Shown here one piece after another: positions 39,907-51,039 of a stretch of DNA of 64,000 nt. The notes beneath the pieces were generated by a model. That model had not been told where the DNA came from. It did no database searches and saw only the letters and a program-made list of their open reading frames with translations. The stretch lies in the NCBI GenBank assembly GCA_046563655.1, contig CM102285.1, forward strand, positions 2,666,001 to 2,730,000, in the 5' to 3' direction. The stretch comes from Yuukianura sp. NJ FZ-2021 (taxonomy: Eukaryota). The position numbers and the translations under genes are program-made. The first letter of the stretch is position 1. Each line of letters opens with the position of its first letter.

Positions 39907-41216
39907 ATGTTGAGTTGCAGGCAGTACGCTGTTTTCAAGCAAGTTTTGAAAATCATGTCACGATGGATTGGTGTGTGTTCATTTATATTCAACGAAGAGG
40001 AAGACATGCTCCAACATCGTCATAACATTTTACGACATTTCCTTGCACTTGTCGCCGTTGCTTTTCAAATTGGAAACGGAATATTTTTTGCGTGGGTAGC
40101 CCGTGATCGCTTTGCAGCTCTAGAACTAAATGGTGCCATTCTCAGTTGTTTTATGATTCTGATTTCGATGTCAGCGTTGGCAATTCTACAAACTGTAGAA
40201 GCTAACGTAACAGAATTGATTCAGCTGGCAAACGAACTCCTTCACTTCAACAAAAAATTGGGTAAGAAAATTTTATAACTTTGACTAGTTGCTTGTTTAG
40301 TACAAAAAATCGTTTGAATTGAACAATTGGAGCGCTTTTATTAAAAAAAATATTTGCTACAGGTAAAAAAATTTGTGGAGCGACATTTATTGAGCGACCG
40401 TTGGGAGACATTTTGTTCTATTCTTTCGCTTTCGGTGTGTTTTCCGCCGGGCCGATAGTCCTAGTTTTCATATTATCGGTTTCATGGAACACGTTCACTT
40501 CTTTTGGCTTTACTGTACTGTACAGTACACTAGCTGTCATTTCCATGATTTACACAGGCGTTGGCTTTGTGGTTTTGGGACTCCTGTTCTTTCTGTCAAT
40601 TCAAACACTCATATTTTGGCTGCAAAACTTAAAGTAAAATATGTACTTCCAACTAAAATTGAACTTGAATTATGGAAAAAATTCTTAATTTTGTATGTGT
40701 TTTTTTTTGTTTAGTCGGGTATTGCAACCCAGTTGCAATTGTCGGAAAATGTATTTAGGGAATTTTATATCCTCGTTTGAAATATACCGGATGATCCAAC
40801 TTCTGAACGATCTTCACAATGTTGTCTTTGGTTCAATGTGGATTCCGGTGATGAAGTTGGTTCTGCTAATGTCTTTTGCAGTGACAGTGTACAGCCTCAT
40901 TTTTCTTCGTGCTGTCCTTAATGCACCGGTTCTTGGTCTTTGTTGTCTTGGCTTGACATTTCCAATCGCTGGAGCACTCCCAGCTGCTGTAGCAATGTCA
41001 ATGGTATACAAAGTTTCTTATGGATTAAAGCATCGCGCTTCGCTTGGTTTTGAGTTAGTATCTCTAGAGGACAGAAAAAAAATACGTGCAATGGTGAGGT
41101 CAATGCCACATTTGAAGGCAAATGTTGGCAATTTTTACTACATGGAAGGTAAAGCTAAACTGACTATGCTCGACACCATGCTGCATGGAGTAGCATTTAT
41201 GCTAATTACGTTTTAA
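39907..41216 (+). CDS. Divergent 7TM chemoreceptor-like protein, array 2 copy D, ~375 aa
   Basis: Exons 39907-40261, 40363-40633, 40715-41216 in frame; multi-TM; C-terminus RSMPHLKANVGNFYYMEGKAKLTMLDTMLHGVAFMLITF. Confidence 0.78.
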
Positions 41217-42255
41217 AATTCGGTCATGTAATACGTGTAGTAGTAAGTAAATTAAATCAAAAGAATGCTAAATTTTGAATAAACTCAAACACTAATAAAT
41301 GAATGCAAAATTGGTGCAAAAACATCAAACACTTAATGACAAATTAAGATAACAAATAAATAAAATTATTGGAAACTTAATGGAATATAATGTGTAGCTC
41401 CGACAGAGAAAAAAAATATGATACGATCTAATATTTACGTGCCGAATATAAAAAATGGTTTGAACTAAAAAAAATTAATACAACTTATCAATCAAAAATA
41501 CATTTTTCTTGTAGTTAGACAAGTCACATGTATTTTGATGTGGCAAAAATGTTAGTTTAAAAATTAAGGCAATAGCGTCCAAGTTATAGTTACAGAATAG
41601 GCTACTAATGCAAGGATGACTGTGCAGTACGAGCAAAAGGCGACATAATTGTTAATCATAAGTTAGGTAATACAAGTATTCTAAGCTTAACACAAAAGGG
41701 TGTAAGTTAAAAGATTGTTACTAATTGAACGAATCCCAAAAACGTGTTCACTTAACCATGATCTAATTTTTGGAACTAATAGAACGTTACGTGGGCGGGG
41801 CAATTACCATTGGTTAAGTTGTTCAAACAGTGCAGGAAGATGGTGTTGTAGAAAAAAGTTGAAGATTGTTAAATAAAAATAATCAATCAAGCTCAATGTA
41901 CAGGTGTCAACCGATGTTTATTATTTATATTTACAAAACAACGAATCTGTAATTTTCTCCTTAAGCGCCAAGGGTGAACTTACAAAACTCGATATGATCA
42001 GTCATCCTTGGAACATCACTGCGGCAGTTATCAGAACAGCGTGCAGTTCGAGAAAAGCGCTGTTTACTTTGCCTTAACCACTTAACCATGTGAAATGTAG
42101 GAAATATTACATACCTGAAAAGTAAACTACAAAGACAATTTGGGAATGGAGTTTGGAAAATTGGGTAACCATTTGAGTTAAAACATGAAACTGTTTAGAC
42201 AAGTTCAACTGCCATGAACTTTTGAGGAGCTATTCAGAAGTCAGAGCTTTCAAAA

Positions 42256-43892
42256 ATGTTTAGTCAAAGGCAACATAACTTTTTCACAAACGTTTTTTCG
42301 GCAATTTCGCACTGGGCACCGGTCTGTCCGTTCAAATTCAACAAAAAAAGATTGGAATTCAAACGTCGCAAAAATGTGTTGCGAAATTTTTTCGTCTATA
42401 TTGCAGTACTCTTTGAAATTGGAAGTGGAATATATTTTTTATTGGCTGCCAGGCATCAGTTTACGACTTCAAAACAAAACGATGCAGTTTTAAGTTGTTG
42501 TCTAATCCTTATTTCACTGGCAGCATTGCCTATTATTTATTGCGTTGAAGTTCAAGTGGCAGAAGTTATTGCATTAGGAAACGAAATCACTCGGTTCAAC
42601 AAAACATTTGGTAACTTGTAAACAATGTATTGAGTAACAATGTACCAGAAAAAACGATATCAAATGGAAAGTTATTCGAAGGTGATGGTTAAAGCGAGGG
42701 TTGCAATTTGCAACTTGCAAATTTGAATTCGAGTTCGAATTCGTAATCCAATATTCGACTTTTTTTTTTGGAAATTAGATAATTAGAATTTTAAGCCCTT
42801 GGATTTGAATTATTTTGATTTCTGGGCTTCCCCTTATAGTTTAGACTTCAAATTCGAAATTTTAATGTTAAATTCAAAATTCAAATACTTTTTTTTAAAT
42901 TCAAAGTTCAAATTTCAAAGTCGACTTTAAATTTGCGACCTTTAGTGCAAGTTAAACCTAAAGTAGTAATTGCTGTATAAGTAATCATGACATTAGATAA
43001 GTAAATATGTATTTTACAAATTCTTGTTTTGGAAAAGGTGAAAAGCTTTGTGGGGCGACGTTCGTTGAGCGACCGTTGGGCGACATCATAATGTATGCAG
43101 TGGCATTTGCAAACGGTATCGCAGCACCTGTTGTTGTCGTTTTTCAATTTTTTGTTACCTGGAATATTTTTGTATCTGATTGGGTTTCTTACTCGTACAA
43201 AATACTTGCCACAATTTCCACCATTGGATACACATCAGTGCATCTTCTAACAGAAGGAATTCTCTTTTTTTCGTCACTTCAAACCCTCGTTTTTTGGCTA
43301 CATAAAATACAGTAATTAGAGTAAACTGAAGTTTATATCAGCATGAAGACTTTATTTGAGAGCAAAATTTTCCTTTTTTTTTAACAGACAAATCTGGCAA
43401 CCTGACTTTCAACTTGAAAAAGAAGTTTATTCTGAACAAATTTCCTGCTCCTATCAAATTTACAGGGCGGTTCAAATTCTAAACGACCTCCACAATACTA
43501 TATTCGGTTCTCTGTGGATACCAGCACTAAAAACGACCATACTGATGACTTTTGCATTCACAGTGTACTGCCTTACTTTGTTTCATTCTATTTTAAGTGC
43601 ACCTGTAACTGCAATTTGTTGCTTGGACATAATGTTCCCTATTGCTGGCGTAATTCCTGCTGCGTTGGCGATGTCGAAAGTGTACAACATTTCATATAAA
43701 TTTAAACTACTTGGTCCGCGTGTCCTAGAGGATACACCACTGCATGACCGGAAACTGATGCGTGCAATGCTAAGGTCAATGCCACACTTGAAGGCAAATG
43801 TCGGCAATTTCTACTACATGGAGGGAATAGCCAAGCTTACAATGTTTGACGACATTGTTAACGGTGTAGCTTTTATGTTAATCTCATTTTGA
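42256..43892 (+). CDS. Divergent 7TM chemoreceptor-like protein, array 2 copy E, ~377 aa
   Basis: Exons 42256-42610, 43038-43311, 43388-43892 in frame; paralog of D, F and G, closest to F. Confidence 0.78.
42696..42944. mobile_element. Old hAT-like MITE in intron 1 of copy E (homologous remnant in copy F at ~47795-48113)
   Basis: Ends GAGGGTTGCAA...TTTAAATTTGCGACCTTTA; the F copy starts TAGGGGTCGCAAATTTGAA; internal TTCGAA/AATTCAAA subrepeats. No TSD readable. Confidence 0.5.
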
Positions 43893-44303
43893 ATTTAAAT
43901 GTATATGGATATCTTGTCGTGTTTATCGTATTATAGAAATAGCGGCGCCGTTGGTGGCTTTTTCAACAAATAAAAACTTGAACACCCCAAAGATTTAAAT
44001 GTTTTACTAAAGCACCAGATATAAAAAAAATGTATTGGCTTAACCTAAAAATAATTTGGGTCTATAGGTAGGGTTATTTTAAGTATTTAATGTGCAAATG
44101 TATTGATTGATATGGTTGTTTTCATAAGTAAATGATGTTGGCAGGGAGTATGCGATCAGATAAAAATTTAATTGCAGACCTTATCTTTAAGACAAGAAAA
44201 CGATATCTTGAAAGCTTAAATTTCACAAAAATAGGAAAGATTTTAATCAAAATTATGATCACTTTGGGAAATTCTAAAAGTTCGATGGCAAACCTTCACA
44301 CCC

Positions 44304-44337
44304 CATGGAGTAGGAGTTTATGCTCATTACGTTTTAA
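44304..44337 (+). pseudogene. 3' stub of a copy-D-like receptor gene at a duplication junction
   Basis: CATGGAGTAGGAGTTTATGCTCATTACGTTTTAA matches the end of copy D (CATGGAGTAGCATTTATGCTAATTACGTTTTAA, ~41184-41216). It is fused directly to sequence homologous to the copy G upstream region. Confidence 0.6.
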
Positions 44338-44755
44338 AGTTTATTTATGCACTATAGTAAGTTGAAATCAAAGAAAGAAAGAATCTTGCAGCGAGATTTT
44401 TCGAAAAAAGTATGTATTGCCTAACCTGTTAAAACAAAATTACTATTTTGTTCCTTGACCTGTATTTTCTCAGTAGTAATAACAAAAGGCGGCATAATTG
44501 TTAAGCGCAAACCAGTACAAGTATTCTAATCTTAACACAAAAGCGTGTACTGACGCGATTGTTACTAGCGGAAGGAATCCCAAAAACGTTTTTAAGTTCA
44601 CCTTGATGTAATTTTGGACTTTACGTTGTTTGGGCAATCACCATTGCCTGAGTTGGTCAATGGATGCAGGAAGATTGTATTGTGGATAAAAAATTTGCTG
44701 ATTATTTTGAAATAAATATTAGCAATCAACATCAATGTACTGGTATCAGCCAATA

Positions 44756-45324
44756 CAGCGGTGGCCAGAAACACCGGACAAGAGTAAGCAGAAAAGTTCG
44801 CATGTAATAGTTTGAAATATTGTCGACACCAACTGTGCAAATCTTCAGTGTTAATTCCATCTCTTTCATTAACTACAAATTTTCAATTGCGAAATGCAAA
44901 AAAAATTAGTGGCCAAACGTCACCGGACAACCCAAAAAAATTGTTTTTTATACTGCATTGGATTAATCGTATACGTAAATATATCTAACGGCTTCCTAAG
45001 TACCCCTGAAATGTTACCTTGCAGGGTACTTAGAAAACCGCTAGATATGTTTAGTATGACTAATGTCATACGGTATCAAAAGAAAAACAATTTTTTGGCT
45101 TGTCCGGTGACGTTTGGCCACTAATTTTTTTCATGTTTCAATTGAAAATATGTAGTTAGTGCAACGGAAGGAATTAACATAGATGGATAGAATAAATGCA
45201 CAGTTGGGGTCGATTATTTCGAAGCTACTGATACCTTAATCGTTCAAATCGGTGAAGGCGTTGTGAAGCTATACATAAAAACTTTTCGCCTTACCTCTTG
45301 ACCGGTGACTTTTGACCACCACTG
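44756..45324. mobile_element. Tc1/mariner-type MITE with IR/DR-like ends
   Basis: TA|CAGCGGTGGCCAGAAACACCGGACAAGAG...CTCTTGACCGGTGACTTTTGACCACCACTG|TA; inner copies of the terminal motif at ~44909-44930 and inverted at ~45099-45121; absent upstream of copy E (~41915). Confidence 0.85.
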
Positions 45325-45454
45325 TATCTAATTCGCATAAAACACTTGCACAATTTTCTGCTTGCAATTTTAACGGCCAAGGCCTAACTTACAAAAAAAG
45401 TTAATTAAAAAACTCGATATGATCAGCCATCGTTAGAATATCACTGCGGCGGAT

Positions 45455-46482
45455 TGTAGCGACGATGTCCTCTTTTTTAATTTTCCCAAAAACGGATCAC
45501 CAAGATGGGTTTTGGTGTTTTGGGATTTTGGTTACCAAAATGGTATTACCAAAATACCAAAATGGTATTACCAAAATACAAAATACCAAAATGGTATTAC
45601 CAAATACCAAAATGGTATTACCAAATACCAAAATGGTATTACCAAAATACAAAATACCAAATACCAAAATGGTATTACCAAAATACCAAAATGCATTACC
45701 AAGAGTGCATTACCAAAACGGAGTCCCAAAGTCAGTCAGTGATCGTCTACCCTCCCCTTATGGACGTGCCCGTAGTTAGCAACAGAGTATAGGCTAAGAT
45801 GGTCTTTTAGGTGTAAGCATTCTTCTCGATATAGGCAGTTTAGGTTAGCGGTTTACATTAAGTCAGATTCTCCCCTGTTAACCCCTGCTCCCTATAGAAT
45901 ATGATAGATTAAGGATTCTCCCTATTGTTAGCCCCCCCTCCTAGGTTATGTCCATTCGTTCAGTAGAGTTAAGTCTTTTCATCTTCCAGTAGTTAAGGGA
46001 TAGGAAGGAGTAAGATGTCGACCCCCGACTTTACGTCGGGTGGTGAGATCTTGCTTCTACTGACTCCGCCCCTTTCCTCTATAAAAAGCCTGTGCAGTTC
46101 AGTTTTAGAAGTCAGTCAGTAAACAAATTTCAGTCTTGGCCGAAGGCCCTCTCCGAGCTCATTTTCAGAGGTCAAGTCCGAGGTCAATACCAAAAAGCAT
46201 CAGTTCTCACAGGTCAAGTTCTAGGTCATTACCAAAAAGGACTACCAAAATACCAATTACCAAAATACCAAAAAGGCATACCAAAAAGCAGTTTTTGGTA
46301 ACCAAAGTTTGTAGTGGGATACCGTTCGTGGTAGTATCTAGCCAGCCTTACAACCTGATAAATACAAAAGTGCCATAGTTTTCCTCATCTTAGTAGTTTT
46401 CGGTTGAGTTGTTTCCGGCAGTTCAGTTCTTCAGACTATTCTATTTTTGTGCTCAAATAATTCTGGAGCTATCGAAATTACA
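45455..46482 (+). mobile_element. Solo LTR (~1028 bp) with 5-bp TSD
   Basis: TGTAGC...ATTACA termini; CGGAT at 45450-45454 and 46483-46487; TATAAAA at ~46080 followed by TCAGT Inr-like motifs; internal TACCAAAA(TGGTAT) minisatellites; absent at the matching copy E site (~42025). Confidence 0.85.
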
Positions 46483-46711
46483 CGGATATTCCAGAACGGC
46501 CTGCAGGTGGAGAAAAGTCCCTGTTTAATAGTTTCCTTTGAAGTATTGGAAATATTACGGCTCAATTCCAAAAATTTTTAGCTGAAAAGTAAATTACAAA
46601 AAAAATTGAAAAATTTTGAATTTGGAAAAGCAGGTAAAGGTTTCAGTCAAAGTGTAAGGCTGTTTAGGAAAGTTCAACTGTCATTCAGTTTTTGAGGAAC
46701 CACTATTCAAC

Positions 46712-47335
46712 GGTTCGAGGTCGTAACCGCCAATCAATAACCGTCAATTTCAAAAACCGACAACCCTAAAACCGTCAATTTCAAAAACCGCCAATCCTTT
46801 AACCGCCACTCCTAAAATCGACAGCAAAAATCAAATATTTCAAAAATCGGTAATTCCGACATCGCTAGAAAACAAAAAATTTTATCATCGTTCATCGTTG
46901 TGCTGAAGACGACTATGCAACCAGATTTGTGTGCTCTCGTCAAACAAAAAAATTATGGTTGTTTGAAATTTTGAAAATTTCCTAAGCCAGACTTAGAGAA
47001 TCGACCCTACAGACGTAATTACTGTGTGCTTTACCAAAAATATCGCCGCGTCTTCGACGCGGTTCCGCAGGCTAAGCTTGCCGCACTACATCAGTACTGC
47101 TTAATGTGTCAGTATTGCCAAACTTATAGTATAGAACGTACAACCTATCGCCACCGGTAGTAAAAATTTTCCGTTAGATTTCTTTGTTTTCCAGCGATTT
47201 TGAAATTGTCTGTTTTTGAAATTTTCGATTTTTGGAATTGGCGGTTAAAGGACTGTCGGTTTTTTTAATTTGGTGCTTATTGATTGGCGGTTTTAGGATT
47301 GGCTGTTATTGGATTGTCGGTTATGACCTGCTTCG
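46712..47335. mobile_element. MULE (Mutator)-like MITE with 8-9-bp TSD, ~30 bp upstream of the copy F ATG
   Basis: CTATTCAAC at 46703-46711 and 47336-47344; TIR core AGGTCGTAACCG / CGGTTATGACCT; tandem subterminal AACCGHCAAT-type repeats, inverted at the right end. Confidence 0.8.
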
Positions 47336-47367
47336 CTATTCAACTTCAGAAGTCATAACTTTCAGAA

Positions 47368-50300
47368 ATGCTTAGTCTAATACAACATAACCTTTTCAAA
47401 AAACTGTTTTCGATAAGTTCGCACTGGGCACCGTTTTGTCCGTTCCAATTCAACGAAGAAAGATTGGAATTCACACGTCGTAAGAGTGTTTGGCGAAATT
47501 TGTTTTTCTATGTCGCAGTACTCTTTCAAGTCGGAAGTGTAATATTTTTTTCATTGGCTGCTCGACATCAGTTTTCGACTTCGAAAGAAAACGATGCAGT
47601 ACTGAGCTGTTGTTTAATCTTCATTGCTGTGGGAGCATTGCCAATTATGTATTGCGTTGAGTTTCAAGTGGCAGAGGTTATTGCATTAGGGAACGAAGTC
47701 ACTCGGTTCAACAAAACATTTGGTAATTAACTTAAGTAACAATGTACAGCAAAGAATGATATAAAATAGAAAGTTATTCCAAGTTATTCGAAGCTAGGGG
47801 TCGCAAATTTGAAATTCGAATTCGAAATCGAATATTTGGCTTTTTTTTTGGAAATTCGAAATTAAAATTTTAAGCCCTGGAGTTCGAGTTTGGCCCAAAA
47901 ATCAAGGCAAATGAAGTGTTAATTAAAACGGCAAATTTAAAGGATTTAGGTATAATTTTTTATAATATTATAAAAAATATTATAATATTATAATTTATTT
48001 TTTTTTATAATTTTAGGTATAGCTACTATTTGTCAAGGCGTACGATATCATTGTAGTTAAAAATCGTACTCCTTGCTTTGCTATTTCGATTTGTGGGATC
48101 TGCGACTCCCTTATAATTGATGCCCGTATACATAATGACGGTTCACCCGTAACCTACGGATCAGGATTTGGTGAGACCGATCCGGGGGTCAGGATCACAC
48201 TAATCCGTGAACGGTATACATAATATAATCTTGAGCGGTGGATTTGTAAATTCGGTTCACCTGAACGTGATCATCGGATTACTCATTTTTACATGCCACA
48301 TTTAAATACTTCAACAACAATGTATTATGTTGATTAAAAATGTGACAAGTTTAATGCTCCTTTTATTTTCAGGTGGCAAAGTTTTCAAACTTTCTATAAC
48401 ACAACACCATTTTTGTTGTGTTTTATTAAAGTAATTAACGAAATAGTTAATGATTCAATTAATTTCTGAACAAAATAGGAAACTAATGGGACAAAATGCG
48501 GCCATGCTGTGCATATACTGCGCAAGCACTGCGCAAGCACTGCGCACTGCGCAAGTACTGCGCAAGCACTAGGCACTGCGCAAGTACTGCGCAAGCACTA
48601 GGCACTGCGCAAGTACTGCGCAAGCACTGCGCACTGCGCAAGTACTGCGCAAGCACTGCGCACTGCGCACTGCGCAAGTACTGCGCAAGCACTGCGCAAG
48701 TACTGCGCAAGCACTGCGCAAGTACTGCGCAAGCACTGCGCACTGCGCAAGCACTACGCACTGCGCAAGCACTGCGCAGGCACTGCGCACTGCGCAAGCA
48801 TTGCGCACTGCGCACTGCGCAAGTACTGCGCAAGCACTGCGCACTGCGCAAGTACTGCGCAAGTACTGCGCAAGCACTGCGCACTGCGCAAGTACTGCGC
48901 ACTGCGCAAGTACTGCGCAAGCACTGCGCACTGCGCACTGCGCAAGTACTGCGCAAGCACTGCGCAAGCACTGCGCAAGCACTGCGCAAGCACTGCGCAA
49001 GCACTGCGCAAGCACTGCGCAAGCACTGCGCAAGCACTGCGCAAGCACTGCGCAAGCACTGCGCAAGCACTGCGCAAGCACTGCGCAAGCACTGCGCACT
49101 GCGCAAGCACTGCGCAAGCACTGCGCAAGCACTGCGCAAGCACTGCGCACTGCGCAAGCACTGCGCAAGCACTGCGCAAGCACTGCGCAAGCACTGCGCA
49201 AGCACTGCGCAAGCACTGCGCAAGCACTGCGCAAGCACTGCGCAAGCACCGCGCACTGCGCAAGAAGTTGAAATTTATATAAAAACTTTAGTTCTATAAA
49301 TTCTAAAAGTTTTTTCTGACATTTATAACGCAAACTCCTTAATAAAACTGAACGCTTAACTTGTGGGAAAAGAATATACTAAACAAAAATTAAAATAATT
49401 CCAGTTGAATCAAGTGGTGAACCTACCCCTATACCAGGGTCACGAATTTTGATCCCGATCATAGTGATCCGGTTTACTTTTTTATGTATACGAATATAAC
49501 CCTGAGCGAGGGATCAAACAAATTTTTGATCCGAGGTTTACGTGAGCGGGTCACCGATGACCTCGAGACTCATTATGTATAGGGATCAGGGTGATCGGTT
49601 CAACTTTTCATGATCGGATCACCGTGATCCGGCATTATGTATTATAAGTAAATAAGTATTTTACAAGTTTTCATTTTGCAAAAGGTGAAAGACTTTGTGG
49701 TGCAATATTCACTGAGCGACCGTTGGGTGACGTCTTGATGTACGCAGTGGCATTTTCGATCGCTGAAGCAGAACCTATTGTTGTCGTTTTTCAATTTTTT
49801 GTTACCTGGAATATTTTTGCTTCTGATTGGGTTTCTTACTCGTACAAAATACTTGCTATAATTTCCGCCATCGGATACACCTCAGTGCATCTTCTAACGG
49901 AAGGAATTTTTTTTCTTTTGTCGCTTCAAACACTCGTATTTTGGCTTCATAAAATACAGTAATTAAAGTAGATGAATTTTACATAAACTACATGAGCATT
50001 GTTGAGAACAAGTTTCTTTTTTTGACAGACAAATCTGGCAACCTAACTTTGAACAGGAAAAAGAAGTTTATGCTGAACAAGTTTCTTCCTCATATCAAAT
50101 TTACAGGGCAGTTCAAACTCTGAACAACCTACACAACATTTTGTTTGGGTCGGTGTGGATACCAGCACTAAAACTGATTATAATGATGAGTTTTGCAATG
50201 GAAATTTATTGCCTTACCTACTTTGTTTCTACTGGAAACATACCTGTAATTGCATTCTGTTGCATGGGAATAACTTTTGGTAGTGCTATCACAATTCCAG

Positions 50301-50533
50301 CGGCGCAGGCGATGTCGAAAGTATACAACATTTCATATGAATTGAAACTCCTCGGTCCGCGTGTTCTTTTGGATACACCAGTACATGAGCGGAAAATGAT
50401 GCGGGCAATGCTAAAATCAATGCCCCACTTGAAGGCAAATGTCGGCAATTTCTACTACATGGAGGGAAAAGCCAAGCTTACAATGTTTGACAACATGGTT
50501 AATGGTGTAGCTTTTATGTTAATCTCATTTTGA
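47368..50533 (+). CDS. Divergent 7TM chemoreceptor-like protein, array 2 copy F, ~377 aa (intron 1 expanded by TE insertion)
   Basis: Exons 47368-47722, 49685-49958, 50029-50533 in frame; same exon lengths as copy E. Confidence 0.75.
48131..49639. mobile_element. TA-flanked non-autonomous TIR element (~1.5 kb) carrying a satellite array
   Basis: TA|CATAATGACGGTTCAC...GTGATCCGGCATTATG|TA; GATC/GATCCG-rich subterminal regions at both ends; absent from copy E intron 1. Confidence 0.75.
48516..49264. repeat. GC-rich satellite of CACTGCGCAAG / TACTGCGCAAG (11-mers) and CACTGCG (7-mer)
   Basis: Directly visible ~750-bp array; source of the spurious CAVLAQCLRS/CASTAQALRKH ORFs on both strands. Confidence 0.95.
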
Positions 50534-51039
50534 ATTTAAATATATATGGATATCTTGTCGTGTTTATTAGAGAAATAAGGAACAATTGGTGGGCTTTAAA
50601 AACCAAATAAGAACTTTATCACCCCAAAAATTTCACTATTTTACTGAAGCACCGGATATAAAAAAGAAAGAAGTAAAGTGGCTTAATCAAAAAATAATTT
50701 TAGTGTATACCTCGGATTATTTTACCAATTTAATGTGAGAATGTATTGGTATGCGTGTTGTCGAAGTAAGTAATGTTGGCGGGGAGTTTGCGATCGATGA
50801 AAATTTAATTGCAAATCTTGTTGTTTAAGGCAATAAAACGATTTATCTAGCACTTAGAAGCTTCAATTGCAAACACTTAGGAAAGGCTTTAATCAATCTA
50901 ATGATTACTTTGGAAAATTCGATGGTAAACCTTCACACGTCTTTGAGTTTAAGTAAAGGTGCCAAAAGTTGAAGAAACCCATTCAAGCTTTAGAATCATT
51001 TACTCCATATATTTCTTGAACGTAGTTAACGTTTTAAAA

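Noticed and set aside
45465..45792. ORFs with repeated TKMVLPKYQN / PKWYYQ peptides
   Set aside because: All three frames are open only because of the minisatellite inside the solo LTR.
48516..49264. CRISPR-like appearance of the repeat array
   Set aside because: Units abut directly with no unique spacers, the repeats are too short, there are no cas genes and the context is eukaryotic.
48394..49333. Long ORFs on both strands (CAVLAQCLRS / CASTAQALRKH repeats)
   Set aside because: Translation artefacts of a nearly stop-free 7/11-mer satellite inside an intron.
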